Positions 59,051-64,000 of a stretch of DNA of 64,000 bases are shown here, piece after piece. Made by a program: the position numbers and the translations under genes. The notes under the pieces were generated by a model. That model did not search any database, was not told where the DNA came from, and saw only the letters and a list, made by a program, of their open reading frames with translations. The stretch comes from Candidatus Latescibacterota bacterium. GTDB taxonomy: Bacteria > Latescibacterota > UBA2968 > UBA8231. Every line of letters starts with the position of its first letter. Position 1 is the stretch's first letter. The DNA lies in the NCBI GenBank assembly GCA_965242865.1, contig CBDETK010000013.1, positions 2,592,001-2,656,000 of the forward strand, written 5' to 3'.

Positions 59051-59132
59051 GGCATACACCCTTCCCAAGCCGCCGCCCCAAGCAGCTATGGCAACCCGGC
59101 CCGTGCCGCCAACCGCAGGATAGCACCTCTCC

Positions 59133-60704
59133 TCATTGAACGAGCACCATCTTACGGGTGGCCTGCTGCCCCCCGGCGTCTAGCCGCGCAATATACACCC
59201 CACTGCTGACGACTTGGCCGTGAGCATCGCGCCCATCCCAAGCCATCTGATAGGTTCCCGCCGGCCGCATGCCTTCTACCAAGGTGGCTACCAACTGGCC
59301 GTGGGTGTTGAACACTTGCAGCGACACCGCCGATAACTGCTGGAGAGTAAAGCCGATGTGCGTGGCGTGATTGAAGGGATTGGGGTAATTCTGTGCGAGA
59401 TGGAACGAGCGCGGGATACCGGGCATGGACGAGGATGCAATCGCCGTAGGCAGATCGGGACGATGCCACCGGTACAGGCCCTCGTATGAGGGAATCCACA
59501 GATCCCCCCGACTGTCGAAAACCGGGGCACGAGTGGCACGGAACTCCTCCCAAGAGAACCCGGTCCAAGTGGTCCCCTCCAGCAGGCCAAAATAGTCTCC
59601 TTTCGCCACCCACAGGCGGTCCCCGACGCCCCTCCAACCATAAAGACTCAAACTTTGGTAATACTTCCACGTCGAACCCTCCTTGAAACACAATCCACCC
59701 ATCCAACCGTCCTTGACACTCAATATCCCACAATTCAACCAAACGCGACCTTGGCTGTCAGAGAAGATCATCCCGAAACGGCCCAAGTACGACGTCCACC
59801 GCGTCCCATCAAAGGAGAGCAAGCTACTCCATGTCCGTTCCCCGAAGTCGTCCACGAGCACGTCAAACTCAAGAACCGCCCAGAGTGTGCCGGATCGATC
59901 CACCGCGATGTTGGTAACTTGGACGTGATCAAAAGTGCCAAGTATAGGATGGAACACTGGTTCTAGTTCTATAGGGTGCCACCAAGCCTGCCCGTCAAAA
60001 CGCGATTGCTGGTTGGTCGCGTAGGTCCACCAAGGCTCGCTATCAACGATCCCCATATCGGCGTAGTCGTAGGTCCACCAAGCCTGCCCGTCGAAGCGCG
60101 CCAGCAGGGAGCCTCTGTAGCCAGTACACCACACATCCCCATTCGGTGCTACCGCGATCCTGTGTCCGAATAGTCCTCTATAGCAGGTCCAGCGCTGACC
60201 ATCGAACCGGGTGACATCCCCCCAACTTCCGACCCACACCTGCCCCTGACCATCCACGGCCAGCGAGCGGATGTGATCTTCCGTGAAGGTCGTCCACTGC
60301 TGGCCATCGAACCGGCTCAAACCCGTTGAAGTCCCCACCCACACATTGCCCGACGGGTCCGCCGCCAAGGCCGAAATTTTTCCATTCGCATAGCTGATCG
60401 TCGGTTGTCCACCCGCACTGTCACGGACGACGACCTCCATCTCTGTTAGCCGTGTACCCGTGCCCGTGCCGACCACGGCCGAGACTGGGGCCTCCATCGG
60501 ACTGGGTAGCCCCACATCTACCACCAGCGGCGTACTGAGCAGCCGCTGCTGCGAGCCATCCGGCGTGTACAGGGTCACCTGCTGGGTTTCTTGCCCCGAA
60601 AGCCCAATAGGCAACAACAGCAACAGCACCAAACAGCCGCTCGTCGGACCAGCGATCTTGGGACGCAATCGAATAGGAGATGAGGAAGGGCGTACACCAC
60701 TCAT
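59133..60704 (-). CDS. Secreted beta-propeller protein with FlgD-Ig tail, paralog B
   Basis: Ends highly similar to 48553-50103, middle divergent. Confidence 0.8.
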   Translation of the reverse strand: MSGVRPSSSPIRLRPKIAGPTSGCLVLLLLLPIGLSGQETQQVTLYTPDGSQQRLLSTPLVVDVGLPSPMEAPVSAVVGTGTGTRLTEMEVVVRDSAGGQPTISYANGKISALAADPSGNVWVGTSTGLSRFDGQQWTTFTEDHIRSLAVDGQGQVWVGSWGDVTRFDGQRWTCYRGLFGHRIAVAPNGDVWCTGYRGSLLARFDGQAWWTYDYADMGIVDSEPWWTYATNQQSRFDGQAWWHPIELEPVFHPILGTFDHVQVTNIAVDRSGTLWAVLEFDVLVDDFGERTWSSLLSFDGTRWTSYLGRFGMIFSDSQGRVWLNCGILSVKDGWMGGLCFKEGSTWKYYQSLSLYGWRGVGDRLWVAKGDYFGLLEGTTWTGFSWEEFRATRAPVFDSRGDLWIPSYEGLYRWHRPDLPTAIASSSMPGIPRSFHLAQNYPNPFNHATHIGFTLQQLSAVSLQVFNTHGQLVATLVEGMRPAGTYQMAWDGRDAHGQVVSSGVYIARLDAGGQQATRKMVLVQ

Positions 60705-60718
60705 AACACGACAGCATG

Positions 60719-61426
60719 TTATTGCCGGCGGCCAAGCCCCACCGGACAATCCGCACACCGCTCCCTCGTCCCGCACCATTCCAATTCACACGTCAGCAAG
60801 GCTTCTATCCGCCGCTTCCAATCGGCTGGATAGCGCAGCGTTCCTTGCAAGCGGAAGCCGCGGACCACGGAGCGCAGCAGGGCAAAGCGCGTCTCGCGGT
60901 CGGCGACTTTGGCGCGCACCCGCTGGCGAGCCTCGGCCAAACCGTTGAGGTACGCGGCAAATTCCCCGTCGAAAATTGCGTCGAGGTCTTGCCGCAAGCG
61001 ACTCGATAGCGCCGGGCTGGCGTTGGAGGTGGAGATGCTCAACCGCAAGTGGCCCGGATGGACTAGGGCCGCCATGCCCACGTTGGAATAGGCCGGGTTG
61101 TCGTAGGAGTTGATCAGGGCTTTGCGCACCACGGCGAGTTCATGCACCCGCGCTGTCAGCGCATGGTCGCGCACGGTGTTCAACACCAAGAAGACGCCGT
61201 CGAGGTCGCGCTCGGCAAAGCAGCGCGGCTGGTGAGTGAGGCGACCGGCCGCAGCCCATTCGACGAGCGCGGGCGTCGCACGGGGGCTAACCACCGTCAA
61301 GCGCGCCCCGGCCGCGAGCAAGCGACCGGCCTTGTCTTCGGCCTCGCGCCCTCCGCCGATGATCAAGCAGGGCTGCTCCAGCACGTCGAGCCCCACCTGA
61401 AAATAGGGATTGAGCTGCTCGTTCAC
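60719..61426 (-). CDS. Precorrin-2 dehydrogenase/sirohydrochlorin ferrochelatase (CysG N-terminal/SirC-like)
   Basis: CLIIGGG..A..K, ISTSNASPALS..LR. Confidence 0.8.
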   Translation of the reverse strand: MNEQLNPYFQVGLDVLEQPCLIIGGGREAEDKAGRLLAAGARLTVVSPRATPALVEWAAAGRLTHQPRCFAERDLDGVFLVLNTVRDHALTARVHELAVVRKALINSYDNPAYSNVGMAALVHPGHLRLSISTSNASPALSSRLRQDLDAIFDGEFAAYLNGLAEARQRVRAKVADRETRFALLRSVVRGFRLQGTLRYPADWKRRIEALLTCELEWCGTRERCADCPVGLGRRQ

Positions 61427-61830
61427 GCTAGGGCTGCGTAGCCTTTGTCGTCGCTCGCGCCGGATTCGACCGGAAAGCCGAGGTCCAGCCAGCCGCGCTC
61501 GGTGCGCGATCCGCCAAAACCAGCGGTGACGTTAGCCACATCCACAAAACCAGCCGCGACGAGCGCTTCACAAGCGCGCATGGAGCGGGCGCCCGACTGG
61601 CAGCCGACGAGCAGTTTGGCGTCCGCGGCAAAATGGGCTTGGACCACCCGGACGAAATCCGGGTTGGGAACCATGCCCACGGCGTGGCGGTGCAAGACCG
61701 GGATGTTGAACGCGCCGGCCGGATGGCCGCTCTCGTATTCGGGGATGGAGCGGACGTCGATATAGACCGCGCCCCCATCGCCGGCGAGCAATTCCTTGGC
61801 CTCAGTGGGACTGACGTTTTGATAGCTCAC
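61423..61830 (-). CDS. Rhodanese-like sulfurtransferase
   Basis: IDVRS..EY..GH..GA.NIP, CQSGARS; RBS GGAGG before GTG. Confidence 0.88.
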   Translation of the reverse strand: MSYQNVSPTEAKELLAGDGGAVYIDVRSIPEYESGHPAGAFNIPVLHRHAVGMVPNPDFVRVVQAHFAADAKLLVGCQSGARSMRACEALVAAGFVDVANVTAGFGGSRTERGWLDLGFPVESGASDDKGYAALA

Positions 61831-61928
61831 GATACCTCCGTTTGACAATGTCTATTCTGTGGAGTTGAATACTTGTTAAGGTAACACACTCCTTTCGCCA
61901 CCTACAAGCCCCTAGACCCCGGAGGAAG

Positions 61929-63044
61929 ATGATTTTGAACGCATGGGCAGGCGTACTGTTGTTGGCGGCCGCTTTGGGGGCTTGCAGTGGGCAAGTGGGC
62001 GGCCAAGGCGAGGACGACCGGCCCGACTCAACGGCCCAAGCCGACAGCACGGCCGCCGATAGCCTAGAAGCGGTGCCCGTGGAAGTCGCCCTCGCCCACA
62101 CGGGCGCAATCTCCGCGCATCTGCTGTTCAACTCGACCATCGAGACCGAAGAAGCGGTTGAGATGTATCCCCAAATCAGCGGCCTCGTCCGTCAGCTCCG
62201 CGTGGAGGCGGGCGACCGCGTGGAAGCGGGCGACACCCTCCTCCGCATCGAGGACGAGCAATTGCGCATCGCCGTTGCAGAGGCCCAAGCCAACTACAAC
62301 TACCAGCAGGCCGGCTTTGAGCGCACCGAGGCCATGTTTGAGCGCGACCTCATCAGCGACCAAGAGTTTGAGACCAACAAATACAACTTTGAACAATCGC
62401 GCCTCCGGCTGGCGCGCGCCCGCCTAGACCTAGAATACGCAGCCATCATCGCGCCGTTTTCCGGCGTGATCACCGAGCGCTACGTGCAAGTCGGCGCCCG
62501 GGTCGGGCCGAGTAGCAAGCTCTACGACCTCATCAAGCTCGACGATCTCATCGCCCGCGTCTTTGCGCCCGGCCAGTACCTCACCGCCGTCCGCAACGGC
62601 CAGCAGGCCCTGATCACCTCGGAGTTTTTGCCCGACGAGCAGTTCCCGGGCTGGGTCAAGCGCATCAGCCCGGTCGTCGATCCCAGAAGCGGCACCTTCA
62701 AGGTCACGGTGGGCTTGCGCGACCGCTGGGAGTACTTGCGGCCCGGCCTCTTCGTCAACGTGCGCATCATCACCGACACGCACCCCAACGCGGTGTTGAT
62801 ACCCAAGCAGGCGATCGTGTACGACGGCGGCGACCGGTTCGTGTTCGCCGTCAAGGACTCCATGGCGGCGCGGGTTGAGTTGCAGCCCGGATTTGAGGAC
62901 GCCGACTTTATCGAGGCCCTCGCCGGCATCGACGCCGGCACCCCGATCATCGTCGTCGGGCAAAACGGCCTCAAAGACCGTACGCGGGTGCGCGTGGTCA
63001 ACTCAGCCTCAGCCGAAGACGCGGCCCGTGCAGCAGCCCGCTAG
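61929..63044 (+). CDS. RND efflux membrane fusion lipoprotein
   Basis: Lipobox LGAC; APFSGVI, ISPVVD, LRPGLFV. Confidence 0.9.
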   Translation: MILNAWAGVLLLAAALGACSGQVGGQGEDDRPDSTAQADSTAADSLEAVPVEVALAHTGAISAHLLFNSTIETEEAVEMYPQISGLVRQLRVEAGDRVEAGDTLLRIEDEQLRIAVAEAQANYNYQQAGFERTEAMFERDLISDQEFETNKYNFEQSRLRLARARLDLEYAAIIAPFSGVITERYVQVGARVGPSSKLYDLIKLDDLIARVFAPGQYLTAVRNGQQALITSEFLPDEQFPGWVKRISPVVDPRSGTFKVTVGLRDRWEYLRPGLFVNVRIITDTHPNAVLIPKQAIVYDGGDRFVFAVKDSMAARVELQPGFEDADFIEALAGIDAGTPIIVVGQNGLKDRTRVRVVNSASAEDAARAAAR

Positions 63045-64000
63045 CCCATCTCGCTTCGCGATTGCAACCCGGCGGCCCGTCGCCATTCTCATGGTGGTGC
63101 TGGCCGTCTGCGTTTTTGGCTGGGTCTCCTATCAGCGGCTCTCCCTGAACCTAATGCCCGACATTTCCTATCCGACCCTGACGGTGCGGACTGAATATCC
63201 GGGCACGGCACCAGAGGAGGTCGAGACCCTGCTCTCCCGTCCTTTGGAGCAGGAATTGGGCATTGTCCCGCACCTCGTCAACATCAGCTCGATCTCCAAG
63301 GCCGGGCAGTCGGACATCATCCTCGAGTTTGAATGGGACACCGACATGAACGCGATGTCCCAAGAGATCCGCGAGAAGGCCGACCGCGTCTGGTTGCCCC
63401 AAGACGCCGAAAAGCCTCTCCTGCTGCGCTACGACCCCTCCCTAGACCCGATCCTGCGCATCGGCCTGCACGGGCCGCAGGATCTCTACGCGCTGCGCTA
63501 CCTCGCCGAGCGCGAGATCAAGCGCGAGTTGGAGGCACTGGCCGGGGTGGCCGCAGTCAAAATCAAGGGCGGCTTAGAGGAGGAGATCCACGTCGCACTC
63601 AACGAGCACCAAATCTCGGTGATGGGCCTAGACATCAACCAGATCAACAACCGCCTAGCGCAAAACAACGTCAATTTGCCCGGCGGCAACTTGCGCGAGG
63701 GCCAAGTCGAGTACCTAATCCGCACCCTCAACGAGTTCGCCACCGTCGATGAGATCGCCGAGCTGATCGTGGCGCGGCACGGCAATGCCGATGTGTATCT
63801 GCGCGATATTGCCGAAGTCTTTCGCTCGCACAAGGACCGCGCGATCATCACCCGGGTCAATGGCCGCGAGAGCGTCGAAATCGAGATTTACAAAGAAGGC
63901 GACGCCAATGTCGTCGCAGTCGCCGAACGGGTTCGCAACGCGCTCTTTGGCTCGCCGGCGCAGCGCGAGTACGCAGCCCAAGCAGCCCAAGAACCGCGCG
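63028..64000 (+). CDS. RND efflux permease (AcrB family), 3' truncated by window edge
   Basis: From GTG 63028: ...RRPVAILMVVLAVCVFGWVSYQRLSLNLMPDISYPTLTVRTEYPGTAPEEVE. Confidence 0.88.
   Translation, partial: MQQPASPSRFAIATRRPVAILMVVLAVCVFGWVSYQRLSLNLMPDISYPTLTVRTEYPGTAPEEVETLLSRPLEQELGIVPHLVNISSISKAGQSDIILEFEWDTDMNAMSQEIREKADRVWLPQDAEKPLLLRYDPSLDPILRIGLHGPQDLYALRYLAEREIKRELEALAGVAAVKIKGGLEEEIHVALNEHQISVMGLDINQINNRLAQNNVNLPGGNLREGQVEYLIRTLNEFATVDEIAELIVARHGNADVYLRDIAEVFRSHKDRAIITRVNGRESVEIEIYKEGDANVVAVAERVRNALFGSPAQREYAAQAAQEPR

Noticed and set aside
48553-60704. Paralog pair as a DGR template/variable repeat
   Set aside because: Differences I checked are not adenine-specific, indels are present, and no reverse transcriptase is in the window
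1-64000. tRNA, rRNA, IS transposase or known riboswitch
   Set aside because: None recognised by eye; covariance-model searches could not be run

Overview
GC-rich bacterial chromosome window. Gene content points to an FCB/Latescibacterota-like animal (probably sponge) symbiont; this is inference from the LRR/YWTD, TPR, Fn3/cadherin and FlgD-Ig-tail proteins and a PliI lysozyme inhibitor. The housekeeping backbone includes a peptide ABC transporter, glgB, a DprE1/E2-like pair, two RND efflux clusters, a sulfatase, hisS, a UbiA prenyltransferase, an M28 peptidase, a CysG-N protein and a rhodanese. It is repeatedly interrupted by lower-GC cargo. I found no integrase, transposase, RT, tRNA, rRNA or CRISPR array. 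Main observations: (1) a translationally coupled ABC-ATPase + PIN nuclease (frameshifted) + RNA ligase operon, a candidate RNA cut-and-repair defence system; (2) a defence hotspot at 32-40.7 kb where each cargo block is bracketed by duplicated, internally deleted copies of neighbouring core genes, with the same pattern around a TA module; (3) a ~660 bp dispersed cassette (palindrome, C14/C17 tract in a short poly-Pro leader ORF, possibly structured leader, lipoprotein N-terminus) in front of eukaryote-like repeat lipoproteins, a candidate phase-variable switch; (4) strong CCWGG depletion with CCAAG/CTTGG excess; (5) a 12 kb secreted-protein island with a ~2,050 aa metalloprotease-adhesin carrying 11 tandem 87-aa repeats, flanked by two paralogous propeller genes. 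All product calls come from motif recognition by eye, not database searches.
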